From Elusimicrobiota bacterium (GTDB lineage: Bacteria; Elusimicrobiota; Elusimicrobia; UBA1565; UBA9628), in NCBI GenBank assembly GCA_027319565.1, contig DAHVNA010000001.1, positions 46,806-110,805 on the forward strand: DNA of 64,000 nt, in the 5' to 3' direction. Made by a program: the position numbers and the translations under genes. The notes beneath the pieces were generated by a model. That model was not told where the DNA came from and made no database searches. It was given only the letters and a program-made list of their open reading frames with translations. Positions 26,192-34,225 of this stretch are shown in pieces; positions within the stretch are counted from its first letter, which is position 1; each line of letters begins with the position of its first letter.

Positions 26192-27120
26192 GAGTTAATT
26201 GACCCCTCACCCTTGCCCTCTGCCTTCACTCGCGAAGCGAGAGCGTGCCGGAGCATCTTTGGGAAAGACGTTATGCTCCGGCCTCCCGCAAGGGGAGAGG
26301 GAGAAATAATGGTTTCTATTTTTTCTTCCAGTCGCCCGAGAAGCCTTAAAAGCCCGTCCAGGATTGTGAGGGGGTGGGGCGGGCATCCCGGAATGAAGAG
26401 ATCCACTGGAACAAGCGCGGCCGCTCCTCCCAGATGCTCTTTAGAATCCATAAACGGCCCGCCGCTGATCGCGCAGGCGCCGATGGCGATGACGATTTTG
26501 GGCGCCGGAACCGCTTGATAGGCCAATTGAAGGGCCTCTTTCATATGATTGGTGACGGGCCCCGTGATGATAAGGCCGTCGGCGTGCCGGGGAGAAGCGA
26601 CAAATTGAATGCCAAAGCGGCCCAAATCAAAGACGACATTGTTTAAGGCCGTTAATTCCGCCTCGCAGGCGCTGCAGCCCCCGGCGCTGACCTGCCTTAG
26701 TTTAAGGGAACGCCCAAAAAGGCGGCGCATTTCTTCTTTTAATGACGTGGCTAATTTCGCCTCTTGAGACTGGATGAGTAGATCTTCCCTTTGATTGGCG
26801 GCCAAGCGGTGATTGCAGGTAAAGACGATCGCGCCCTCCGGGCAACTTTTCGCGCACTCCCCGCAAAAAAGGCAGCGGCCCATATCCAAGGACAGGGTTT
26901 TTTTCTCGGGGTTATGTCCTTCTTGAAGGGCCTGGGTCGGGCATACGCTCAAACAATCGGCGCAGCCCGAGGCGCATAAATCTTGGTTGACTTCGGGGCG
27001 TCCGCGAAAACGTTCCGGAAACTCCGGGTTTTCCTTTGGAAAATTCGAGGTTCGGTATCCCTGTTTGAAGCGGTTTTTGATGATTTCAATCATAGCGGTC
27101 TCATAAATCATGTCCGGCAT
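26188..27120 (-). CDS. Fused 2x[4Fe-4S] ferredoxin (HycF/NuoI-like) and NuoB/HycG-like small subunit
   Basis: N-terminal CASGCADCLSVCP and CLFCGECAKSCP. C-terminal SAGGCSACEAE, IGACAISGGPF and IPGCPPHP (NuoB-type cluster ligands). About 40 C-terminal residues are encoded by the REP-like element. Confidence 0.8.
   Translation of the reverse strand: MPDMIYETAMIEIIKNRFKQGYRTSNFPKENPEFPERFRGRPEVNQDLCASGCADCLSVCPTQALQEGHNPEKKTLSLDMGRCLFCGECAKSCPEGAIVFTCNHRLAANQREDLLIQSQEAKLATSLKEEMRRLFGRSLKLRQVSAGGCSACEAELTALNNVVFDLGRFGIQFVASPRHADGLIITGPVTNHMKEALQLAYQAVPAPKIVIAIGACAISGGPFMDSKEHLGGAAALVPVDLFIPGCPPHPLTILDGLLRLLGRLEEKIETIISPSPLAGGRSITSFPKMLRHALASRVKAEGKGEGSINS
26201..26304 (-). repeat. Second REP-like GC-rich element (inverted relative to 21358-21450), lying inside a coding sequence
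   Basis: Minus strand reads TCTCCCTCTCCCCTTGCGGGAG...CCGGAGCAT-(16 nt)-ATGCTCCGG...GAGGGCAAGGGTGAGGGGTC. It shares the TTCTCCCTCTCCC..TTG.CGGGAG head and the GGGTGAGGG tail with the first element. Confidence 0.65.
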
Positions 27121-28570
27121 AGGAGAGATTAAAACTCTTATTGCACAGGGGAAAATCGGAGATTTCTCCTTGTCTGACCGAGAGCGCCACCGCCATCCAA
27201 TTATGAAAAGAAGGATCGATGATCTTATACCCGCTTAGTTTTCCCTCTGAGTCGCTGATCGCGATATGGCACACTTCTCCTCTCCAGCCTTCGATCAGCG
27301 AGACAGACAAACGCTCTTCCAAAAATTTTCCGCCGGGAACCGCCAAATCTCCCTCCGGCAAGGAATCTAAAACCGCGCTTAGAAAATCAAGAGACCTTTG
27401 GGATTCTAAAAATCGAATCATCGCCCGCGCAAAGACGTCTCCTGTTGTCAATTTAACGGTCGGAATGTAGCGAAAGCGAAAAAGCCCGTGTGGGTGATCT
27501 TGCCGAACATCGATGTCTTTTCCGCTGGCCCGGGCCGCGAGTCCGACCAAGCCCAGATCGGCGCAAACTTTTTGCGAGATAACTCCCGTTTCTTCCAGGC
27601 GCGAAATGACCGAGGGCTCGCCAAAAAACATCTCTCCAATTTCCTTAAGATGCCGCTTGGCGCGCCCAAGGGTTTCAAGCGTTTGAGAGCGCATTTGGGG
27701 CGGGATGTCAAAAGCCGCTCCGCCCAATTTGAGAAATCCCTTGCCGTAGCGATTTCCGGAAATCAGCATCAAGATATTGAGAAAGTCTCCGCGAAGACGC
27801 CCGAAATAGGCGGAGGCGGGCAAATATCCGATGTCATTGCTGATGGCGCCAAGGTCTCCGATATGATTGGCCAATCTCTCGGTTTCAAGAAGAATCGCCC
27901 TTAAGGCCTCCGCTTTTAAGGAGGGGTTCATTCTTTGAAGGGCTTCCAAGGCTCGGCAATGCGCCCAGCCGTGGGCGATGGCAGAATCTCCGCAAATAGA
28001 TTCCGCGATTGACAAGGAAAAGCGAGTGGAGTCGCGCAAAAGTTTCTCCGCCCCGCGATATTGGTATCCCAGTTGTATTTCCAGATGGTGAATCGTTTCT
28101 CCGTGGCACTGAAACCGGAAATGGCCGGGTTCGATGATGCCAGCGTGAATGGGGCCGACGGCGACTTCATGGATTTCTTCGCCTTCCTCTTTAAAGAAAA
28201 CGGTTTCATCGGCGGGTTTTTGGCGCACGGGCTTTAGCCAGGGATGTTCCTCGGGAGTGATCCCCGAATTTTCATAGATCTCGCGCTCAAAGAGATGGGC
28301 TTGGGGCAGATCAAGAGTCAGAGCCTGATAAGATGAAACCGGCTCTGAAGAGTTTAGGTATAATTTTCCCGCCGCGTCGTCGGCCAAGACGCTCAAAAGT
28401 CCGGCGGGCTTTTTTCCGTTTCCATTTAAAATCAGCGCGCAAAGCCTTTTTCCGGATGAAGCCATTTTGAGAATATCGGATCTGAAATCCGAAATAGGGA
28501 CTTCGGGAATCTGGGAAACTTTGAGAGATTCTCCGTTGCGAATTAAGGCGAAACGAGAAAGAGAGCTCAT
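27101..28570 (-). CDS. HycE/HyfG-like large subunit (NuoC-NuoD fusion), apparently lacking most NiFe-ligand cysteines
   Basis: NuoC-like LFEREIYENSGITPEEHPWLKP, then VGPIHAGIIEPGHFRFQCHGETIHHLEIQLGYQYRGAEK. The L1 position reads ESICGDSAIAH and the C-terminal position reads IIDPSFHNW. The ATG at 28570 overlaps the upstream stop. Confidence 0.85.
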   Translation of the reverse strand: MSSLSRFALIRNGESLKVSQIPEVPISDFRSDILKMASSGKRLCALILNGNGKKPAGLLSVLADDAAGKLYLNSSEPVSSYQALTLDLPQAHLFEREIYENSGITPEEHPWLKPVRQKPADETVFFKEEGEEIHEVAVGPIHAGIIEPGHFRFQCHGETIHHLEIQLGYQYRGAEKLLRDSTRFSLSIAESICGDSAIAHGWAHCRALEALQRMNPSLKAEALRAILLETERLANHIGDLGAISNDIGYLPASAYFGRLRGDFLNILMLISGNRYGKGFLKLGGAAFDIPPQMRSQTLETLGRAKRHLKEIGEMFFGEPSVISRLEETGVISQKVCADLGLVGLAARASGKDIDVRQDHPHGLFRFRYIPTVKLTTGDVFARAMIRFLESQRSLDFLSAVLDSLPEGDLAVPGGKFLEERLSVSLIEGWRGEVCHIAISDSEGKLSGYKIIDPSFHNWMAVALSVRQGEISDFPLCNKSFNLSYAGHDL

Positions 28571-30006
28571 AAAACTCCGTTGAGCGCGTTGGCCGATCGC
28601 TTTAACGCGTGAGTCAGCCAATGCGGCAGCCATAAACCCAGAAAAAGAACCGCCGACATTAAAATGATGGGCGGCAAAACCATGAAGGGGGAGTCTCCTT
28701 GGGCGGCCTTGTCCGATTTTTCTTGAGGCGTTCCATAAACGACCGATAAAACCGTCGTCGCCATGCCGATAAAAACCGCGGCCAGAAAAATGACAAAGCC
28801 AAAAGCCGCCCCAAAATGCCCGCTATCCAGCGCGGAGCGCAAAATTCCAAATTCGCTGACAAAAGAGGCGAAGGGCGGGGAACCCGTAATCGCGATAAAT
28901 CCCAACAAGAAAAGAGCCGCCGAGATGGGCACGCGGCCTAAGGCCCCGCGGGCGTGATCCATGGTTTTTCCGCCAAAGGCGCGGTGGATATTTCCCGCCG
29001 ATAGAAAGAGGGCTCCCTTGGTCAGTCCGTTGTTGATAAGATGCAACAGCGCGAAAAAAGTTCCCATGGGGCCCAGCCCCACGCCCAAGACGAGAATTCC
29101 CATATTCTCGACGCTCGAATAGGCGAGCATCCTTTTAAAGTCGCGTTGCCCGATCACGAATACGGCGGCCGTCGCCATGGACAAAAGGCCGATTAGGATT
29201 AAAAGTCCCTGGGCAAATTCCAGAAGTCCGGCGGACGAGCAGATTTGAAATATCCGAAGGATTCCTAAAAAGGGGCAACTGGTCATGACTCCCGCCAAAA
29301 CTCCTCCGGCGACTCCCGGTGCCTCGCCGTAAGCGTCGGGCTTCCAGGAGTGAAGCGGGGAAAGCCCCATTTTGGTTCCGTAGCCGACTAGTAGAAAGAT
29401 AAACGCGCCCTTAAGCCAGGGAAGAGACAAGATGCGCGCGTGGAGAATCAAAGAATCAATGACGAGAGGATCAGATTTAACGGCGTTAGCGGGCGTGGCT
29501 AAAGCCAGAAAAAAAGTTCCCAGTAGCGCAAGCCCGATGCCGAGAGAACCCATCATCAAATATTTCCACGTAGCCTCTAAAGATCTCTGATTATGGTTAA
29601 AGTAAATCAGGGGAGCCGAGGCCAGTGTCAGCGCTTCCATTCCGACCCACAAAAGCCCCATCTGCCGACTGACGCAGACAAGGCTTGCGGCGGATAAAAT
29701 AAAAGCGAGAGAAGCCGTAAAAAGGCGATTGGGGCGCTCTTTTCTTAAGCGCAGATACTCAAGGCAGTAAATCGAAAAAACCAAAAGCATCGCGCTGGAC
29801 AAACTCAAAACGATGAGCCCCGCTTCATCCAAGCCAAACCAGCCCAAGGGGGAAGGCGTTGGAATCGTCTTCCAGCAGGCGATGACCAAGGACAGGTGAA
29901 TTGAAAATCCCAACGGCAAAATCCAAGGGCGCCAATCGTCGTTTTTGACGAGAAGAGACGAAAGACCCATCAAGGCGGGGATTCCCACTAAGCAAAGATA
30001 AATCAT
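28567..30006 (-). CDS. NuoN/NuoM/HyfF-like antiporter-type membrane subunit
   Basis: 479 aa, about 14 TM. LSPLHSWKPDAYGEAP and RMLAYSSVENMGIL motifs of the Mrp/Nuo antiporter-like family. Confidence 0.85.
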   Translation of the reverse strand: MIYLCLVGIPALMGLSSLLVKNDDWRPWILPLGFSIHLSLVIACWKTIPTPSPLGWFGLDEAGLIVLSLSSAMLLVFSIYCLEYLRLRKERPNRLFTASLAFILSAASLVCVSRQMGLLWVGMEALTLASAPLIYFNHNQRSLEATWKYLMMGSLGIGLALLGTFFLALATPANAVKSDPLVIDSLILHARILSLPWLKGAFIFLLVGYGTKMGLSPLHSWKPDAYGEAPGVAGGVLAGVMTSCPFLGILRIFQICSSAGLLEFAQGLLILIGLLSMATAAVFVIGQRDFKRMLAYSSVENMGILVLGVGLGPMGTFFALLHLINNGLTKGALFLSAGNIHRAFGGKTMDHARGALGRVPISAALFLLGFIAITGSPPFASFVSEFGILRSALDSGHFGAAFGFVIFLAAVFIGMATTVLSVVYGTPQEKSDKAAQGDSPFMVLPPIILMSAVLFLGLWLPHWLTHALKRSANALNGVL

Positions 30007-30022
30007 GATATTTTCGAGTTTC

Positions 30023-30670
30023 TTAATCTCCCAAATTCGTCAAATTTTCCGTGTTAATCGAATCAAAGGCGCGGGCGATATGGTTGATGACAATCCCCAT
30101 GACAAAGACGGCGACAAAAACGTCTAAAAGGACCCCCATCTCGATGAGCCAGGGCGCTTGATAAGAAATAGCCAGGCCGAAAAGGTAGATTCCGTTTTCA
30201 AACATCAAGTATCCAATGACCTGGGTCACCGCCTTGACGCGGACGATCATCATCAGCATTCCCATCATCAAGACCGACAAGGAAACCGGAACCAAAAGGC
30301 TGGTCCTGATATTGTCCGGAAGCGGCAGGCGAGCGGCGAGAAGAAAAGAAATGCCAATCAGAAAAGCGCCGATAAGAAGAGAAGAGTTATACCCAATCAA
30401 CGGCTCCATTTCCCTGCGGATTTTGACCTCGCGAATGGCGTAGGATAAAACGCGCGGAATCAAGAAGCCCTTGAGGATAAACATGCCGGAGGCGATCAAA
30501 AGAATCTGTATTCCAAAGCCTTGCCTGTCGATGAGCAAGGGCAAAATCCCCAGACACATTCCCTGAAGCGCGATGATTCTGATGCAGCCGATCAGCGAAG
30601 AATTTCCCAGAGCGTAAAAACTAAAAAGAGCGATCAAAACCAGGAGGATTTGAGAGAACGCTTGCATATT
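30023..30670 (-). CDS. HyfE-like small membrane subunit (NuoK-related)
   Basis: About 215 aa and very hydrophobic. Its position between the HycD-like and HyfF-like genes matches hyf operon order. The ATG at 30670 abuts the upstream stop. Confidence 0.7.
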   Translation of the reverse strand, partial: NMQAFSQILLVLIALFSFYALGNSSLIGCIRIIALQGMCLGILPLLIDRQGFGIQILLIASGMFILKGFLIPRVLSYAIREVKIRREMEPLIGYNSSLLIGAFLIGISFLLAARLPLPDNIRTSLLVPVSLSVLMMGMLMMIVRVKAVTQVIGYLMFENGIYLFGLAISYQAPWLIEMGVLLDVFVAVFVMGIVINHIARAFDSINTENLTNLGD

Positions 30671-31562
30671 ATCTCGCCGCCAAAATAAGCCCAAAGGCCG
30701 CAAGACAAACGGCGGCAATCAGAAGCTGCGGCACGCGAATGAGGCGCAAGCGGGCCATGCTCGATTCGATGACTCCGATAAAAATAGCCAAGCCGCACAA
30801 GCTGAGAGTCAAGAAAAATGCGTTTGAGGCGAGGCGCGGCGACAGGAGTCGAATCCATAAAACGCCCATCAACATGAGTTTGAGCTGGGCTCCATATAAA
30901 ATAAAGGCGAGATCGGGGCCGGAGTGATCTAGAACCATCACCTCATGGATCATCGTCAATTCAAGGTGGGTGTTGGGGTCGTCCACCGGAATTCGAGAAT
31001 TTTCCGCCAAGAGAACGATCAAAAGCCCGCTTCCGGCCAAAAGAACGCTCGGCGCGGGGAAAGATCTTTGGCCGGGTGAGAACATTTGCTTAAGCGACAG
31101 GTTTCCGCAATGAACGGCGAGGCTCGCGAAAATCAGGATGAGCGCCGGTTCGGCGTAGCTGGAAAAAGCCGCTTCGCGGCTGGCCCCCATGCCCTCAAAG
31201 CTCGATCCGGTATCTAAGGCCGCGAGAATTGTGACAAAGCGTGCGAGCGCGAATAAGTAGATGAATAAAATCGCGTCTCCGTTAAAGGAGATGAGCGGCG
31301 CGCCAAATAAAGGGACAAGAGAGGCCGCCATTAACACCGCGGAAAGAGAGAGGACCGGCCCCAGGCGGAACACCCAGCCGCTGGTCTCGCTATAAACGAC
31401 TCCTTTCCCGAGAAGTTTGATCGTGTCATGGAGCGGTTGAAAAACCGGAGCTCCGCGCCGCCCAGCAACAAAGGCCTTGGTCTTGGCGATGAGCCCCAAC
31501 ATCATAGGCGGCATGAACAGAATCAAAAACAAAATTTTAGGCGCGAAAATTAAAGTTTCCAT
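30669..31562 (-). CDS. NuoH/HycD/HyfC-like membrane subunit
   Basis: 297 aa. AGRRGAPVFQPLHDTIKLLGK, GSSFEGMGASREA and NSRIPVDDPNTHLELTMIHEVMVLD are typical of HycD/NuoH. Confidence 0.85.
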   Translation of the reverse strand: METLIFAPKILFLILFMPPMMLGLIAKTKAFVAGRRGAPVFQPLHDTIKLLGKGVVYSETSGWVFRLGPVLSLSAVLMAASLVPLFGAPLISFNGDAILFIYLFALARFVTILAALDTGSSFEGMGASREAAFSSYAEPALILIFASLAVHCGNLSLKQMFSPGQRSFPAPSVLLAGSGLLIVLLAENSRIPVDDPNTHLELTMIHEVMVLDHSGPDLAFILYGAQLKLMLMGVLWIRLLSPRLASNAFFLTLSLCGLAIFIGVIESSMARLRLIRVPQLLIAAVCLAAFGLILAAR

Positions 31563-33349
31563 ATTAAAATTGCGATGAGAAAGGCCGCGGCGTAAAGGAG
31601 ATAAAACTGAAGTTTTCCGCGTTGAATTTTCTTGGGCCAGGCGATCAGACCCTCAAACGGACTTAACAGCTTGGGAAGCCAGGTCTCAAGAGCGGGATCG
31701 GGAACTCTGGAGTGGAAAGAAGACGATTTCGGCCAATAGCCATTGGGCGCGCGCGATTCTTTTTGTATCAGAAAACCGTCAAAGGTTCTTGTCGCCGGCA
31801 TGGAATAAGAGGAACCCGTATATTGCATGCGCGGAGTTGGAGAGGTAAAACCGCAGGCCCAGGTCGCTCCGGCTTCGGTCGGGCGTTTTTTGAGGGAGGT
31901 TTTCTTGATGGCCCAGAAAATGGCGATTAGAATCCACAGCAGCGCGCCCATAAGCCCGACTAAGTCCAACAAGGCCGACCATTTTTGAAGATCGGCGGAA
32001 AAGAGTAAGGGCGTTGGATGAGAAATGTTGGAGGCCGCGAAAAAAGCCGCTTTGAGCGCCCAACCCGGGAATAGCCCGATCAATAAGCAAAGAGCCGCCA
32101 AAATTCCCATGGGGATCAGCATGAGAGAGGAGGGCTCTTTCGCTTTTTGGGCGGATTTTGAGTGCGGTTTTCCCAGGAAAATCAGGCCGTAAAATTTTGT
32201 AAATGTTATTACTGCAAATCCCCCAATCAGAGATAACATCGCGGCGGCTAAAGAGAAAAAAATGATTTCGCGCCGATAATCCATCTGAAGAAAACCGCAA
32301 TAGAGAAGCCACTCTCCGGTAAACCCGTTTAAGGGGGGAAGGCCGCAAATAGCCAGGCTTCCAACGGCCGTCAAAGCGGCGACGCGGGGCATTATTTTTT
32401 GGAGTCCGCCGCAGGATTCGATATCTCTTGTTCCAGTGGCCAGGTAGACGGCTCCCGCCGACAAAAACATCAGCGATTTAAAAAAACCGTGGTTTAAAGT
32501 GTGGAGAATCGCGGCGGAAAAGCCGAGGAGAGACAAAGAGAAATCGCCGCGGGCAAGCCCGTAACAGCCGAGCCCCGCGGCCGCGAGGATAATTCCGATA
32601 TTTTCAATGCTGCTGTAGGCCAACAGCCTTTTAAAATCTCTCTGCATGGCCGCGAAGGCGATTCCAAAAAGCGCCGTGAAAAGCCCCAGGACCATCAAAA
32701 AAACCGAGGTCGAAATGGAAACGGGGCCTAAAATCGAAAAAAATCTCAACAGGCCGTAGAGACCCATTTCAATCATGATGCCGGACATTGCGGCGGAGGC
32801 GTGGCTGGGAGCGGCCGGGTGAGCTTCTTGAAGCCAAATATGGAGCGGCCAAAATCCCGCCTTCATCCCAAAGCCGATTAGAAACAGCCAGAAGACCGAC
32901 ACCCGCTCGAACATGGAAAGCGGTTTTGCCGCCAAAAGCGCGCCAAACTCAAATGAACCGGCGTTTTTCCATAAAAAAGCGAAGCCCGTTAAGAGGCAGA
33001 GAGAACCCGTGTGCGTGCACAATAAATATAATTTTCCGGCCTTGCGGACATCCTCTTTTTGATGTTCTAAGGAGACTAATCCAAAGGCGGATAAAGCCAT
33101 GATTTCCCAACAGACTAGAAAAAGAACCGCGTTTCGGGCGCAAACTAGAAAAGCCATCGAGACAATGAGAGCCGCGAAAAAAAATCTCGCGGGGGCTTTC
33201 GCGATGTGATTAGAGGACGCGGAAAGATATCCTTCTCCATAGATTCCGGCGCAAAAACCGACGACTAAGACCAAAAAGAGAAACGCCGCCGACAGAGAGT
33301 CGATTCCGAGATGAAACACGGCGCCGGGAAGAGACCAAGGATAAATCAT
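31550..33349 (-). CDS. NuoL/HyfB/HycC-like antiporter-type membrane subunit
   Basis: 599 aa. GFWPLHIWLQEAHPAAPSHASAAMSG, RLLAYSSIENIGII and HGFFKSLMFLSAG motifs. Confidence 0.85.
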   Translation of the reverse strand: MIYPWSLPGAVFHLGIDSLSAAFLFLVLVVGFCAGIYGEGYLSASSNHIAKAPARFFFAALIVSMAFLVCARNAVLFLVCWEIMALSAFGLVSLEHQKEDVRKAGKLYLLCTHTGSLCLLTGFAFLWKNAGSFEFGALLAAKPLSMFERVSVFWLFLIGFGMKAGFWPLHIWLQEAHPAAPSHASAAMSGIMIEMGLYGLLRFFSILGPVSISTSVFLMVLGLFTALFGIAFAAMQRDFKRLLAYSSIENIGIILAAAGLGCYGLARGDFSLSLLGFSAAILHTLNHGFFKSLMFLSAGAVYLATGTRDIESCGGLQKIMPRVAALTAVGSLAICGLPPLNGFTGEWLLYCGFLQMDYRREIIFFSLAAAMLSLIGGFAVITFTKFYGLIFLGKPHSKSAQKAKEPSSLMLIPMGILAALCLLIGLFPGWALKAAFFAASNISHPTPLLFSADLQKWSALLDLVGLMGALLWILIAIFWAIKKTSLKKRPTEAGATWACGFTSPTPRMQYTGSSYSMPATRTFDGFLIQKESRAPNGYWPKSSSFHSRVPDPALETWLPKLLSPFEGLIAWPKKIQRGKLQFYLLYAAAFLIAILIWKL

Positions 33350-34011
33350 GGGCGCGGGTTAAAACTCCTTAGGATCAGAAGAATTTCCTCGGCGCTTGAG
33401 CGTCGGTCAAGCCTCTTGAGAAAATCAGGACGATGAAGGGCCTGCGCGATTTGAGAAAGAATCAAGAGATGAGCGCGGATAGTCGGGCTGAGCAAGACAA
33501 AAACGACTTTAGATAGAATCAATTCGCCGCCGGGGCTCTTTTTAAACGGAATCATCTCTTTTAAAAAACAGAGAGTTAAAACGGGTTTTTCGATTCCAAA
33601 AATAAGCGGGCTGCGCGCGTGCGGGAGAGCGATTCCATTGAGGACGGTCATCTGCTTGTTTTGTTCCAGGAGAACCTTAAGCGCCAGGGCCCGGTCTTGG
33701 GAATTGGACAAGGGCAGAAGCTCGCAAATATGGGTCAAGACCGCCTTTGAGTCCTCGCCCGCGATGTCGTAATGGATATTTCCCTCTAAAAGGGAATCTA
33801 ACGAGCCAGCGAAGGTCTCTTCCCCCGGAATTGAGTAAAGAGTCTTCGCCGGAATGTTGTGATGATTGGCCCACTCCAACAAATCCACCCGATTAATTCG
33901 GTATCGGCCGTTGATCATGATCGCCGGCAGGCGACGGTCTTTGATAAAACGCGAAATTTCCGATTCGGGAATATCGAGAATTTTCGCGGCTTCTCCCAAA
34001 CTTAAATCCAT
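33346..34011 (-). CDS. HTH (excisionase/MerR-like) - PTS EIIA(Ntr/Fru-type) fusion protein
   Basis: N-terminal LSLGEAAKILDIPESEISRFIKDRRLPAIMINGRYRINRVDLLEW. The C-terminal EIIA_2-like domain has the phosphorylatable His context NGIALPHARS. The stop overlaps the hyfB-like ATG (ATGA). Confidence 0.75.
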   Translation of the reverse strand: MDLSLGEAAKILDIPESEISRFIKDRRLPAIMINGRYRINRVDLLEWANHHNIPAKTLYSIPGEETFAGSLDSLLEGNIHYDIAGEDSKAVLTHICELLPLSNSQDRALALKVLLEQNKQMTVLNGIALPHARSPLIFGIEKPVLTLCFLKEMIPFKKSPGGELILSKVVFVLLSPTIRAHLLILSQIAQALHRPDFLKRLDRRSSAEEILLILRSFNPRP

Positions 34012-34116
34012 CGGGCTTCAGCGTTGGAAGCGGGTGTAAAACCAGGAGACCAAAAATTGATCGGCTTTAGGGCTGACTTTTCCAAGACCTTTTTTCATCG
34101 CAGGGTGACAATTTTT

Positions 34117-34145
34117 ATTTTAACATTAATTGTTTTTAGAATCAA
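34117..34145 (-). promoter_or_regulatory. Sigma70-type promoter candidate for the HTH-EIIA/Hyf-like operon
   Basis: Minus strand reads TTGATT (34145-34140), 17-nt spacer, TAAAAT (34122-34117), about 105 nt upstream of the ATG at 34011. Confidence 0.4.
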
Positions 34146-34225
34146 TGCATATATGGTGATTTATTCATATATAGTCGAAATACGCGCCTCTAAGCGCTAA
34201 CTGCTAGGCCGCGGCCAGGATCACG

